Assembly (NCBI GenBank): GCA_963664015.2
Contig: CAXXLF010000002.1
Location: 1,440,001 to 1,504,000, forward strand
Length of the DNA stretch: 64,000 nt
Source: Candidatus Binatia bacterium
GTDB taxonomy: Bacteria > Desulfobacterota > Binatia > UBA9968 > CAXXLF01
Reading direction: 5' to 3'
The notes under the pieces were generated by a model that had not been told where the DNA came from, made no database searches, and was given only the letters and a program-made list of their open reading frames with translations. Shown here one piece after another: positions 21,321-30,817 of this stretch (position 1 is the stretch's first letter; each line of letters starts with the position of its first letter). The translations under genes were made by a program, and so were the position numbers.

Positions 21321-21648
21321 AATGCATCGTCGAAAAATTGGGCGTATTTTTTGAAGTTGAAGGTCGGTCGCGCCGCCGAAAAGGCATCGGTAAATTATGC
21401 TGCTGCTTAGTGAGTTCCCCCGAATCCTTTGCTTCACTGGAGCGTGCCAACAGGGCCGCCGAGTAGAGCAGCGTCAACACCTGCCCAAAGGCGCGGGTCT
21501 TCATGTCCCTTACGGCCTCGATGGCCTCACCCACCTCGGTTACCGTAATATATTCGGTTTTCCAGGGAAGGCGGGTTTCATCCAGTATTCTGAAGCGGTC
21601 TCCTTCCCAGATCACCGGTGCGAACAGCGGACTGGCGGCTTCGACCAT
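21310..21648 (-). pseudogene. mtnA: N-terminal remnant of methylthioribose-1-phosphate isomerase-like gene
   Basis: RILDETRLPW..EY...AIEAVRDMKTRA; shifted frame gives AARPTFN (the ARPT motif); truncated. Confidence 0.7.
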
Positions 21649-21652
21649 GGCA

Positions 21653-22390
21653 TTAACCCATATATTGGAGCGCCTTAAGCGCAATTTTAATCATCTTGTT
21701 TTCGGTGGCGACAAATCGGGGGTGGCGAAATCCAAATTTCCCGGTGAGACATTCATCGGAAACGACCAGGATCGCCCCGGCTTTCCTATTGCACACCTGA
21801 GCCACGGTGAGAAAGGCGGAAGTGACCATGTCGATGCCCGAGATCCCCTGCTGGTTGAGCTCTTCGAGGAGTTCCGGGGTCTCGCGAAACAGGGCGTCGG
21901 TCGTGTATACCCAGCCCAAGTGTACCCGGGCCTTGAGACTCTTGGCTGCTTTTGCCAGGGCACCGACGATTTCCGTGTCGGCTACAGTGGAAAAACTTTT
22001 AGGAACGTAATAGGGGGTCGTCCCCTCACCCCGTACCGCTCCCGTGACGACCACGAGATCACCGATCTTGACCTTCTGACTCAAGGAACCGCAGCTGCCG
22101 ATACGGATGAGGGATTCCACCCCGCCGGCACAGATCAGCTCCGTAGTGATGGCCGTGTCGGCGGCATAACGCCCGCCGTTGCCCACGGTCACTCGCTTTC
22201 CATTGCTGGTGCCCGTATACATCTCATAGTCGAGGAAGGCAAAACTCTTCTCCGGGTTCTCGAGGGCGTCGATCAGAAGTTTGGAACGCTCCTTGGGACC
22301 GGAGATCAGGGCAATGGATCCCAGGGAACCGGCTTTGACCCCCATTAACGATAGTAGTTTATTAGGTGTGAAGTGAGGTTCTTTACGCAT
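21653..22390 (-). CDS. nucleoside phosphorylase (PNP/UDP family)
   Basis: GP.ER, RIGSCG, RGEGTT, TTDALFRE and DMVT motifs. Confidence 0.85.
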   Translation of the reverse strand: MRKEPHFTPNKLLSLMGVKAGSLGSIALISGPKERSKLLIDALENPEKSFAFLDYEMYTGTSNGKRVTVGNGGRYAADTAITTELICAGGVESLIRIGSCGSLSQKVKIGDLVVVTGAVRGEGTTPYYVPKSFSTVADTEIVGALAKAAKSLKARVHLGWVYTTDALFRETPELLEELNQQGISGIDMVTSAFLTVAQVCNRKAGAILVVSDECLTGKFGFRHPRFVATENKMIKIALKALQYMG

Positions 22391-22528
22391 TGTTGGCGGT
22401 ATCCTGTCTAGATTGACTTCTGGTCGAGCACAACCCTGGGCGGAGTAGACCCGCGTTTGACGCCCCCTATCATTAAAGGGGGCTAGTTATCGGATTTCCC
22501 TGAGATAATGGGCCAATGGATAACACAT

Positions 22529-22557
22529 AAAATATTTGACCTTTAATCAATTGTCAA
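22529..22557 (-). promoter_or_regulatory. sigma70-like promoter of nucleoside phosphorylase operon with overlapping palindrome
   Basis: Minus strand TTGACA-N17-TATTTT; TTGAC-N12-GTCAA dyad at 22536-22557. Confidence 0.55.
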
Positions 22558-22604
22558 GATTGGGAAGAGCCGGTCTCCCTTCGCCTAATCGGCAACGGGG
22601 AGCA

Positions 22605-22912
22605 CCGAGCGCCAAATAGTAAGACAGTAGGCAGTACGCAGGGGGCAGTAAGACGCAAAGCGCATGGCGCCAAAAGCCAGAGATCGAAAGTCAGAGATCA
22701 GCAAAGCCAGGAAGACGGCAGGCTACTAGGATAAGATTTTAGATTTTTTCTACGTGCTGAGAACTACTATCTGGTTGTTGTCCTGTGGTCAGTAGTCCGT
22801 GAGTTGCTGCCGACTAACTTTCTACGCTTTGCCCTATGCCATTTGCTTTCTTCTTAGCTTGCCGCTGACTTCCGACTTCTGACCTCCGACCTCTCGCATC
22901 TGGCCACCTACT
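22605..22912. repeat. intergenic mosaic repeat block R2
   Basis: CAGTAGG-type and CAGAGAT-type heptamers in the 5' half, CTGACTT/CCGACCT complement in the 3' half; start matches 33837-33873 and 36750-36795. Confidence 0.85.
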
Positions 22913-22962
22913 GAAACGATTGGTTGCCTTTTACTCCGCCATTTGTTTAAACTCGCCCCTTG

Positions 22963-23397
22963 ATGACAAAGGCGTTTTTGAACCGGTATAGCAACAGCCT
23001 CTGGATCCGTTTCTTGCGCTTCAGCATATTTTCCAAAAAGAAGCTTCAGCAGGACCTAGAAAAGATCGGCCTCACTCCGCCCCAGTACTACCTTCTGGCG
23101 ACCATTGGCTATTCGGGCCGGCTCTCCTTCAGCGAGATCGGCGCCAAGATGATGGTGACTGTCAGTAATCTCACGGGTATCGCGGATCGCCTCGAGGAAA
23201 AGGGCTTCGCGGAGAGGGAGCGGGACAAGCGCGACCGCCGCGTGGTTTACGTCCAACTCACCAGCAAGGGGAGCAAACTCTACAAGGTGGCGATTTCTGC
23301 CTTCGAGAAGAGCGTCGCCGGTGTCTTTTCTCTATTGGAACCTGCTGAACAGAGACAACTCTATGCCCTCTTGCGTAAGCTGCTCCGCGCCCCCTGA
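22963..23397 (+). CDS. MarR family transcriptional regulator
   Basis: GLTPPQY, SNLTGIADRLEEKG and DRRVVYVQLT.KG motifs. Confidence 0.92.
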   Translation: MTKAFLNRYSNSLWIRFLRFSIFSKKKLQQDLEKIGLTPPQYYLLATIGYSGRLSFSEIGAKMMVTVSNLTGIADRLEEKGFAERERDKRDRRVVYVQLTSKGSKLYKVAISAFEKSVAGVFSLLEPAEQRQLYALLRKLLRAP

Positions 23398-23720
23398 ATC
23401 AGCTAGCGCTACGGACGGTTCGACTACGGACGACAGGACTACGACCAGACAGAAACAGAAATAGGGAAGAGATCAGATTTCAGAGGTTAGAAAGACAGCT
23501 AGCAGCATGCAGACAGCAGCTGTAAACTAAGACCTAATACTGATAACTGATTACTGACACCTTACGACTGAAAATCCGTACGCTTTCCGCTTTGCAGCCA
23601 ACGATGGAATCTGAGCGCTACTCCCTGCCTGCTTATTGCTGGCTTCGCTGATCTCTGACTTTCGATCTCTGGCTTTTGGCGCCATGCGCCTTGCTCTATG
23701 CAGCGCCATCCACCCATGCC
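23398..23720. repeat. intergenic mosaic repeat block R3
   Basis: GACTACG and CTGATAA heptamers; 23639-23694 is the reverse complement of 22655-22710 (54/56). Confidence 0.85.
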
Positions 23721-23734
23721 CGCGGGATCCGTGG

Positions 23735-24007
23735 CTAGTCTCCCCTGGCAAAACAATGGGTACAACAGTTATAGATCCAGCCGAACAGGGCGCCTCCCAC
23801 AGCACCATCCAGCGCGCCATACAGGGCCCCTACGATAGCACTACCCAGAGTCTCCGTGAGCTTATAACCCGGATAGATGGAACTCATGACCTCGAGAAAA
23901 CTCCGGCCGTAATCTGGCCAAATGAGGTTGGCCAAGGCAACGAGCAAGCACGATCCTCCCCACAGGATCGCCGCCGTCATAGTCAAGGACTTAACCGAAA
24001 GTTTCAT
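23735..24007 (-). CDS. small hypothetical membrane protein
   Basis: Two hydrophobic helices and SIYPGY motif; start overlaps addA stop. Confidence 0.75.
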   Translation of the reverse strand: MKLSVKSLTMTAAILWGGSCLLVALANLIWPDYGRSFLEVMSSIYPGYKLTETLGSAIVGALYGALDGAVGGALFGWIYNCCTHCFARGD

Positions 24008-27000
24008 AATCCCTCCTTTCCTTTTTGTCCTACCCCAATGGAAGACGCCGGGTCAATGTCTATTGGCACTGCTTGACCCAAACGCAATAAAACTATCTTA
24101 AACGCGGCTACTTCCCGTTTCAGGGAAAGCCGTACCGCGTCAGAATAGATTCGGGCCTGGTGATGGTACCCCTCGACCAACTGGGAGAGGTCCCGACCCT
24201 GGACGCGGTCGGTTTTGTAATCTGCCACGTAGAGTTTGCCGTCTTTTTCGTAAAGCACATCCATGACCCCCTCCATGATCTGCTCCCCCCAGGGGATCAA
24301 TAGTGGAATCTCCCGCCCAAGGATGTGTGAGCTCTTGAGCTCTTCGTACGCCGGGGAATTGAAGAAGATCTGGAATATATCTTCTAGCTCTCGTTCCAGG
24401 GCGAGTTGAGCGTCCTTATCACGCCCATTCAGGTTACGGCCAAGAAAGGCCATGAGGCCCTCACGAAACGTAAGAGGGTCCCCGGCAAAGTCCCAATGCT
24501 CCAAGAACCTGTGCGCCAGATCACCGATGAAAAGGGCATCTGGGTTCAGACGGCTTCCACCGTGGCCATGAGCAACTGGACCTATTCGTTTCGTCTCTTT
24601 TTCCTTGAGCAACGTGGGATGGATAAAGAGCGGAGTCACCAGGGTCTCTTCGTACCTTTCCTTCCGCCGCTGAACTATCTTCCCATAGACCTGCGTATCG
24701 ATTTCCACGATGGGCATCTGGGACCCGCTGGCCGTAGAGCTAGGCGGCTCGAGCTCTTCTTGCAGGACCTGCAATTGGATCGTCCCCTCCCCGGCGGCTA
24801 CAGGTTGGGATTCCGTTAACGACCTCAAGTCTCCCGTGGCCTCTTGGAGCAGAGACATGAAACTCCCGTTCGCCTGTCTCTTGGCCGCGGCACAAGAGAG
24901 GGTCAGGTGCTCGCGAGCGCGGGTCGCAGCTACGTAGAATACCCGTTTCTCCTCTTCTTCTTCGCGAGCCTTCTTCTTCTCATCGAGGAAGATCCCTGAC
25001 AGATTCCAGAGATCATCCACATGCAGTCCCACCAGGTGAGTGGACCAGTCATGATAAACCTCCACGGCATCCGTTCCCTGGCGGTTCACCCCGGCCTGGC
25101 AACCGGCCAAGACCACGAGGGGGAATTCCAATCCCTTGGCCTTGTGGACACTGAGGATCTTGACTGCGTTCAATCCCTCCTCCGCAAGACTGCTCTCTCC
25201 CTCTTCCTGCATTTCGGTGACTCGCTCTTCCAAGGTCGCGATGACGCCTTTCAACGTCCCCGCTCCCTCCCGTCCCATCTCTTCGGCAAGGAAACGAACC
25301 TTTTCCAGATTCGCAACCTGCTGCTCTCCATGATAGGAGCTTGCGGCCAAGGCCATCACAGGTAGCGAATCAAAGATCGCACCCACCGCCTCTCCCACCG
25401 GGAGCTTAGGGGTTTCTATGTGAAGGCGACCGAGTAGGGAATAGAGTTCCCGCACCCGAGACCCCGGACCTTTCTTGGGGACCCCTTTGACCCAAGCCAC
25501 CGCACGATAATCGAGGAACCCCTGTCGATGGAGATCGTAGAGCTCCCGGTCGTCCAGTCCCCCCAGGGGAGATCGAAGCACTCCCGCCAGGGCTAGCCGG
25601 TCATAGGGATTTTCGATAGCACGGAGCAGGTTCACCATGTCGATGACTTCCTGTGTGGCATAAAAGTGTTTTCCTCCCTCCACCACATAGGGGATACCGC
25701 GCCTGCGCAGCGGTTCCAGAACCTGATCCACGTGAACCAGGGAGCGCATCAGGATAGCCACATCGCCTGGGCACACCGGCACCATGGAACCACTCTTATC
25801 GAGGATGGCAGCCTTCTGCAGGACCTCCTCGGCAAGCCAGCGGGCAAGTGACTCGCCTTCCAGCCGCCGCGCTTCGTCGGCATTGAGATCCTCGTCGCCT
25901 TCGACTCGACGAATCTCCACCTGATGCAACAACTGTGAAGGTAGGGCGTCTTCTCCCGCCCTCTCCTCCAGGGGATGTATAGGCGCATATGGCGGTTGGA
26001 GCCCATGGCGCTCTTGAATGAGCTGGGAAAAGAGTCCGTTGACAACGTTAAGTATCCCCCCATGGCTTCGAAAACTGGTTTTGAGGGTAAACTCCAGGCC
26101 GTTTTGTTTTTCTATGACGTCATGAACCACACGCAGATGGGCCTCTATATCAGCACGCCGAAAGGCATAGATCGACTGCTTTGGGTCGCCCACGACAAAG
26201 AGCTTTCCCGGTTGCAGTTTGATCTTGCGCCAGTCCTCGGCCTGCCGCCCCTTCTCTTCGGCAAGGTAGAGCAGGACCTCATACTGGATGGGATCCGTAT
26301 CCTGGAACTCGTCCACCAGGATCGCTTTAAAGCGCCTCTTGAGCTCTTCCCTTATCTCGGGATGCTGCCGTAAGAGCTGCCTGGCCCGCACCAGCAAGCC
26401 ATCGAAGGAGATGAAACCGGCCCTCACAAAATTCTCACGGCAGCCTTCGGCGAAAGGGATAAGGAGATCGCATAGGTGCCCGGTAAATTCCCGGTCTACG
26501 GCAAGGATACGACGCGCCACCCGGACCAGCCTCCTGGCCTCATCTACTTCATTTCCATTCCAACCCTTGGGCCCGGTGAAGGATTTACCAGAAACCAGTA
26601 GAGACTTTTCCGCCTCCAGCACACCGGACCCGATGGATCCCCGTTGGAGAAATTCTCGGAACAGCTGCCCCGAGGCCTTCACATGCTGTTCGATCGCTCG
26701 GTTTTCCGGATGTTGATCGAGGAGTTGAGCGGCCTTTTCTTCCAGAGCTTTTAACCCGGATTGATGCAATTCGATCTCCTCATCACCTCGCACCAGTTGG
26801 GCGAGTCGTGAAAGGTCTATGGACTCGGGGCTCAGTGCGTAGGCCAGCTCCCGGATGCGTTCGAGGGGGAGCCGGCGCAGCACCTCTTTCCACGATTCCT
26901 TGCGCACCCCATCGCTAGACAGCTCACGGTCCAGCCAGAGATCCCAGCTCTCGTCGAAGTGCCTCTCGAATTGCCTTCCATCATCTTCACGGAACTGGGG

Positions 27001-27456
27001 ATCCAACCCGGCCTCCATGGGATAGAGACGAAGCAGACTGGCGGCAAAGCTGTGGATGGTTCCGATCTCGCTCCGCTCTATATGGCGGAGCGCATCTATG
27101 GCGCGGAGATCGATCTCTTCCTTTCCCAGATGGTAGCGTTGGATGAAGTCTTTGACATCTTGCTGCACTTCCGCCTCGCTGGCATCGGCAGGAGCCCGGT
27201 CCAGTCTTGCGTCCCCATAGGCCTGGAGGCGCTGGCGCAGGCGGATCTTCATCTCATCGGCTGCCTTGTTGGTAAAAGTCAGGGCCACCAGTTCGGTCAC
27301 CTTTACCGGGTCGGGCTCGCGCATCAATAAATTGACCAGGCGGTTCACCAGCAGGGTCGTCTTGCCCGTACCCGCACCGGCGGTAACGACCACGTTTTGA
27401 TCGAATGTGGTCGCTGCCCGCAGGCGCTCCAGACCATCAGCCAAACCCGTGGTCAT
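24004..27456 (-). CDS. addA: AddA-like UvrD helicase / PD-(D/E)XK nuclease
   Basis: AGAGTGKT, TFTNKAA, VDEFQD, VGDPKQSIY, HKAKGLEF and YVAATRA motifs; C-terminal G.MD...DYKT. Confidence 0.88.
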   Translation of the reverse strand: MTTGLADGLERLRAATTFDQNVVVTAGAGTGKTTLLVNRLVNLLMREPDPVKVTELVALTFTNKAADEMKIRLRQRLQAYGDARLDRAPADASEAEVQQDVKDFIQRYHLGKEEIDLRAIDALRHIERSEIGTIHSFAASLLRLYPMEAGLDPQFREDDGRQFERHFDESWDLWLDRELSSDGVRKESWKEVLRRLPLERIRELAYALSPESIDLSRLAQLVRGDEEIELHQSGLKALEEKAAQLLDQHPENRAIEQHVKASGQLFREFLQRGSIGSGVLEAEKSLLVSGKSFTGPKGWNGNEVDEARRLVRVARRILAVDREFTGHLCDLLIPFAEGCRENFVRAGFISFDGLLVRARQLLRQHPEIREELKRRFKAILVDEFQDTDPIQYEVLLYLAEEKGRQAEDWRKIKLQPGKLFVVGDPKQSIYAFRRADIEAHLRVVHDVIEKQNGLEFTLKTSFRSHGGILNVVNGLFSQLIQERHGLQPPYAPIHPLEERAGEDALPSQLLHQVEIRRVEGDEDLNADEARRLEGESLARWLAEEVLQKAAILDKSGSMVPVCPGDVAILMRSLVHVDQVLEPLRRRGIPYVVEGGKHFYATQEVIDMVNLLRAIENPYDRLALAGVLRSPLGGLDDRELYDLHRQGFLDYRAVAWVKGVPKKGPGSRVRELYSLLGRLHIETPKLPVGEAVGAIFDSLPVMALAASSYHGEQQVANLEKVRFLAEEMGREGAGTLKGVIATLEERVTEMQEEGESSLAEEGLNAVKILSVHKAKGLEFPLVVLAGCQAGVNRQGTDAVEVYHDWSTHLVGLHVDDLWNLSGIFLDEKKKAREEEEEKRVFYVAATRAREHLTLSCAAAKRQANGSFMSLLQEATGDLRSLTESQPVAAGEGTIQLQVLQEELEPPSSTASGSQMPIVEIDTQVYGKIVQRRKERYEETLVTPLFIHPTLLKEKETKRIGPVAHGHGGSRLNPDALFIGDLAHRFLEHWDFAGDPLTFREGLMAFLGRNLNGRDKDAQLALERELEDIFQIFFNSPAYEELKSSHILGREIPLLIPWGEQIMEGVMDVLYEKDGKLYVADYKTDRVQGRDLSQLVEGYHHQARIYSDAVRLSLKREVAAFKIVLLRLGQAVPIDIDPASSIGVGQKGKEGL

Positions 27457-30400
27457 GTCTTCGGCCTCCCCTGTATAGTCGTGGCCTTCTGTTCGTTTAG
27501 CTCGCGGTGGGACTTCACTGCCGAATCGTTTTCGGCGCGCCAACGGGACGGCCGGTGATTCTTGCGGCAAACCGCCGCCACGTCGCAATTGCTGCAGTGG
27601 TCATCGGGCAAGATAAAGAATCGTCCCCCATGGATCCCCCGCAAGAGAAAACTCAGGGTCTCCTGAAGCCTACCCTTGTGCGGCTCCTCCCATGCCTCTT
27701 CGGAAAATCTTTCGACCACCAGCGGGCCGTCCACCCAACGGGGTGCAAGCAGGTAAAACGCACCATGGATCCTGGGTATCGCGCCATCCATCATGGCACC
27801 AGGCGCATTTTGCTCGGCCAGAAGGACGTAGAGGGGAAGCTGCAGTCGTTTGCCCCTGAGGGCCGACTGAAGGAGGTTGCGGTCTTCCGGTTTTTCATTC
27901 TTCCCCATTCTGTGCTTGTAATCGATGACCCGGTAATGGGACTGGGCCGGCTCGTAGTCGATTCGGTCGGGTGTTCCGAGAACGAGGAGATTGCCCAACG
28001 GATCGGGCCAGCTCTCTTCCAAGCGCCCCTGCCACTGGGGCTCCAAGATCACGGGACGAAAACCCGAGGCGGCCATCTCGGCGATGTCACGTTCCACGAC
28101 CTGCCGCAGCACGCGAATCAGCTCTTCCCCGAGGGTTTCCCAAGCTACTGCATAGCCCACAGGATTCTCTGTCGAATAGTTCGCGTACGCCTCGTGGGCT
28201 AGCCGGTCCAATCGAACTGACCAATTGGACTCGGTCACCTTGGATACGTCTTCCCCAAAGGCACCTTCATCCATAAGTTCGCTGTAGAGGGAGTTGAGTA
28301 TGGTATGACAGAGTTGCCCGACAGCCGAGGGCCCGACCGATGAGACTTCTTCCGGCCTTTGCAGTTCGTGGAGTTCCAGGAGGTTCATGGCAAAATACTG
28401 ATAAGGGCAGCGGGCGTAGCGTTCCAAGGCGGTTGGTGCGATACCCCGCTCAAGCAAGTGCTGCCAGTAATCAGGTACTGGCCCCACCATTCCGTCGAGT
28501 CGATCCAGTGACCGGCGCGGATCCTCCAGAAGATTCATGGACTTCAACCCACGACGATAGATCTCGGTTGACTGGGAGGCCATCTCGAGGATCGGGGCAG
28601 GGTCGCGTCCATGCATAGCCAATCGGATCGCAAGCTCGCGCTCCGTGAGCCACTGGACCTCATCGAAGGGAGACACCTTTTCCTTTTCCGCGATTCCGCG
28701 GGGGATTATCTTCTCCTCGGCTGGATCTTTCTGACCATCGAAAGAGCCAAGGCGACCTCGAGCCCCCCACACGGCGCGCCGGATCTCGCCCAGATACCAG
28801 GAAGGCGCCAGCGGCCTCCCCCCTTCATCGGAGCGCCGGTAAAAACAATAGAGGTGTTCTCTCGCCGCGCCGACCAGGAGGGCCAGGATCAGTTTTTCTT
28901 CGTCATAGGCCGCCAGCTTCTCGCTAATTTTATAACCCAACACCGTCTCCAGTCCCCTACGGGTTGAATCTCTAAGGAAGGCGTCTTCCCGGATCGTCCG
29001 CGGAAAGATCCCTTCGTTGAGACCCAGGATAAACACGGCGCGAAAGGGTATGCCGCGGGCAGACATAGCATCCAACACGGCAACTCCGGGGAGGTTCCAA
29101 TCGGTCGAGGGAATAGTGGCGCGTTCCAGCCAGCGCTGAAAGGTGCGAAGGAAATGCACTTGGCTCACATGGGAACCGAGGCTGTCCAGGGCCGAGAGAT
29201 TGTCCAATGTGTCCAGGACCACGTCGCCTATCTGATCCTCCTGGGACGAGGCGAGGGACGTGCCTTCACGCCTCTCGATGCCGAGGTATTTGTGTAACAG
29301 TGCCTGCCAACGTGTGGCGTAATCGGTCCAGGGGGCCTCCTCCGGCAGACCGTCCAAGTCCTTGTGCACCTCGGTGACAATCGACCAGAGGATTTTTATC
29401 TGTTCTGCGGTGACCGAGGTCTCGTGGGGCTTCTCATCTTCGTCCCCGTGTCCCTGCAATTTCACCCCTTGTTCCAGATAGCGCTCGAGGCGCCGCCACT
29501 CCTCGAAACCCTTAGTGATCCCTAAGCGTCGTGTCATGGCATCCCACAGGTCCGATCGTGGCCCAACCTTTTCCGGACAATAGGGCTCGAGATTAAAATA
29601 GGGAGAGGAAACCAGATCCACCATGTGAGAGCGAAGATAGTCTCTTGATACCAATCCGCTGAGGAGAACAACCGCCTTGACCAGAGGGAACGCCATGAGC
29701 GAGCCCATCGCGTAAGACGACATGGGGATACCGTGGCTGGGAAAGATCTCCTTGAACCAGGGCAGGTAAGAATCCATTGAGCGCACCACCACACCGATTT
29801 CATCAAAGCCAATCCGGTCACGGGACACGAGCCTCAGGATCTCCTTGGCTACGGTGAGGACTTCGTCCTTTTGACCGGAACAATTGACGATGGTGCACGA
29901 CCTGTTTAACTCCTCAGGAGCGCTCAATGGCTCGCTCAATTCATCCCTAAAGAGCCGTGGATGGATGCCGGCAAAGGGGTAACCAGGGTTTTCAGTGGTC
30001 GAGCGAAGCTCCGGGGTGCCCGTTACCAGCCCCTGTACATGGCGGTCGTAAAAACGCTGGGCAAAAGCCCAGGCCGGATGGCCCGGCATCAGAGGAAACA
30101 GCAACGTGGTAGGAGCGTAACGCGCCACCGTCTGGAAAAGGTCCAGCTGTATCTGGGTGAGATCGTAGAAGCCGTAATAGTTAACTCCGGCGAACTGCTG
30201 GAGGAACTTGGAAGAGGGGACCTGCTCCGTCGCCAGGGCATCCAGGTCCGTATAATCCCGAATACCCCACTGACGTACGCGGGAGGAAAACGCTCCATGG
30301 AGTCGGAACAGGTCCTGAAGCTTTTTCTCCCCTACCGCATTTAGATAGCCTTCCGTCAGGGCGTCCATGCTCGTTTGAGGATCGACCTTTGCGTCTTTGA

Positions 30401-30782
30401 GGTCACGCAGCGTCTGCCACAGGGCGCCGCACCCCCCTTCCTTCGCCTCGATGCCGGAAAAGACTGATTCCCATTGAAAGTTTGTCTGAATCATGTGCCT
30501 GAGGGCTTCCTCGGCGAAGGCATCGTCGCGCAGTTCTAACTGGGAAGCGTCCTCACTTTCCTCCAACAGTCGTCTGGAAAGCTGATGAAAGGTCAGGATA
30601 TGGAGGTTCAGGAGATTCAACTGGCGCTCGCGGCCTAGGAGGATCTTGAGGCGATGAAGGAGGGAGTCCGATGGGACCACGACCAGGAGCCGAGTGAGTA
30701 GGCTTACTTGCCTCTGTTCAAGGATCTCCTCTACCAGGGCGTTTTCTAAATCTGGATGGAAGGGACCTAAAACAACTCGCAT
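27453..30782 (-). CDS. addB: AddB-like nuclease subunit with Fe-S staple
   Basis: Inactive helicase-like body, YARCPYQYF, GTPDRID, DYK, QLPLY and CSNCDVAAVC; overlaps addA start. Confidence 0.85.
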   Translation of the reverse strand: MRVVLGPFHPDLENALVEEILEQRQVSLLTRLLVVVPSDSLLHRLKILLGRERQLNLLNLHILTFHQLSRRLLEESEDASQLELRDDAFAEEALRHMIQTNFQWESVFSGIEAKEGGCGALWQTLRDLKDAKVDPQTSMDALTEGYLNAVGEKKLQDLFRLHGAFSSRVRQWGIRDYTDLDALATEQVPSSKFLQQFAGVNYYGFYDLTQIQLDLFQTVARYAPTTLLFPLMPGHPAWAFAQRFYDRHVQGLVTGTPELRSTTENPGYPFAGIHPRLFRDELSEPLSAPEELNRSCTIVNCSGQKDEVLTVAKEILRLVSRDRIGFDEIGVVVRSMDSYLPWFKEIFPSHGIPMSSYAMGSLMAFPLVKAVVLLSGLVSRDYLRSHMVDLVSSPYFNLEPYCPEKVGPRSDLWDAMTRRLGITKGFEEWRRLERYLEQGVKLQGHGDEDEKPHETSVTAEQIKILWSIVTEVHKDLDGLPEEAPWTDYATRWQALLHKYLGIERREGTSLASSQEDQIGDVVLDTLDNLSALDSLGSHVSQVHFLRTFQRWLERATIPSTDWNLPGVAVLDAMSARGIPFRAVFILGLNEGIFPRTIREDAFLRDSTRRGLETVLGYKISEKLAAYDEEKLILALLVGAAREHLYCFYRRSDEGGRPLAPSWYLGEIRRAVWGARGRLGSFDGQKDPAEEKIIPRGIAEKEKVSPFDEVQWLTERELAIRLAMHGRDPAPILEMASQSTEIYRRGLKSMNLLEDPRRSLDRLDGMVGPVPDYWQHLLERGIAPTALERYARCPYQYFAMNLLELHELQRPEEVSSVGPSAVGQLCHTILNSLYSELMDEGAFGEDVSKVTESNWSVRLDRLAHEAYANYSTENPVGYAVAWETLGEELIRVLRQVVERDIAEMAASGFRPVILEPQWQGRLEESWPDPLGNLLVLGTPDRIDYEPAQSHYRVIDYKHRMGKNEKPEDRNLLQSALRGKRLQLPLYVLLAEQNAPGAMMDGAIPRIHGAFYLLAPRWVDGPLVVERFSEEAWEEPHKGRLQETLSFLLRGIHGGRFFILPDDHCSNCDVAAVCRKNHRPSRWRAENDSAVKSHRELNEQKATTIQGRPKT

Positions 30783-30817
30783 GGGGACCTGACCCTATAT
30801 TCCAATTAGACTGGGAC

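Noticed and set aside
24004-30782. Anti-phage helicase-nuclease defence system
   Set aside because: Architecture (AddA motifs, AddB Fe-S staple) fits ordinary AddAB recombination/repair
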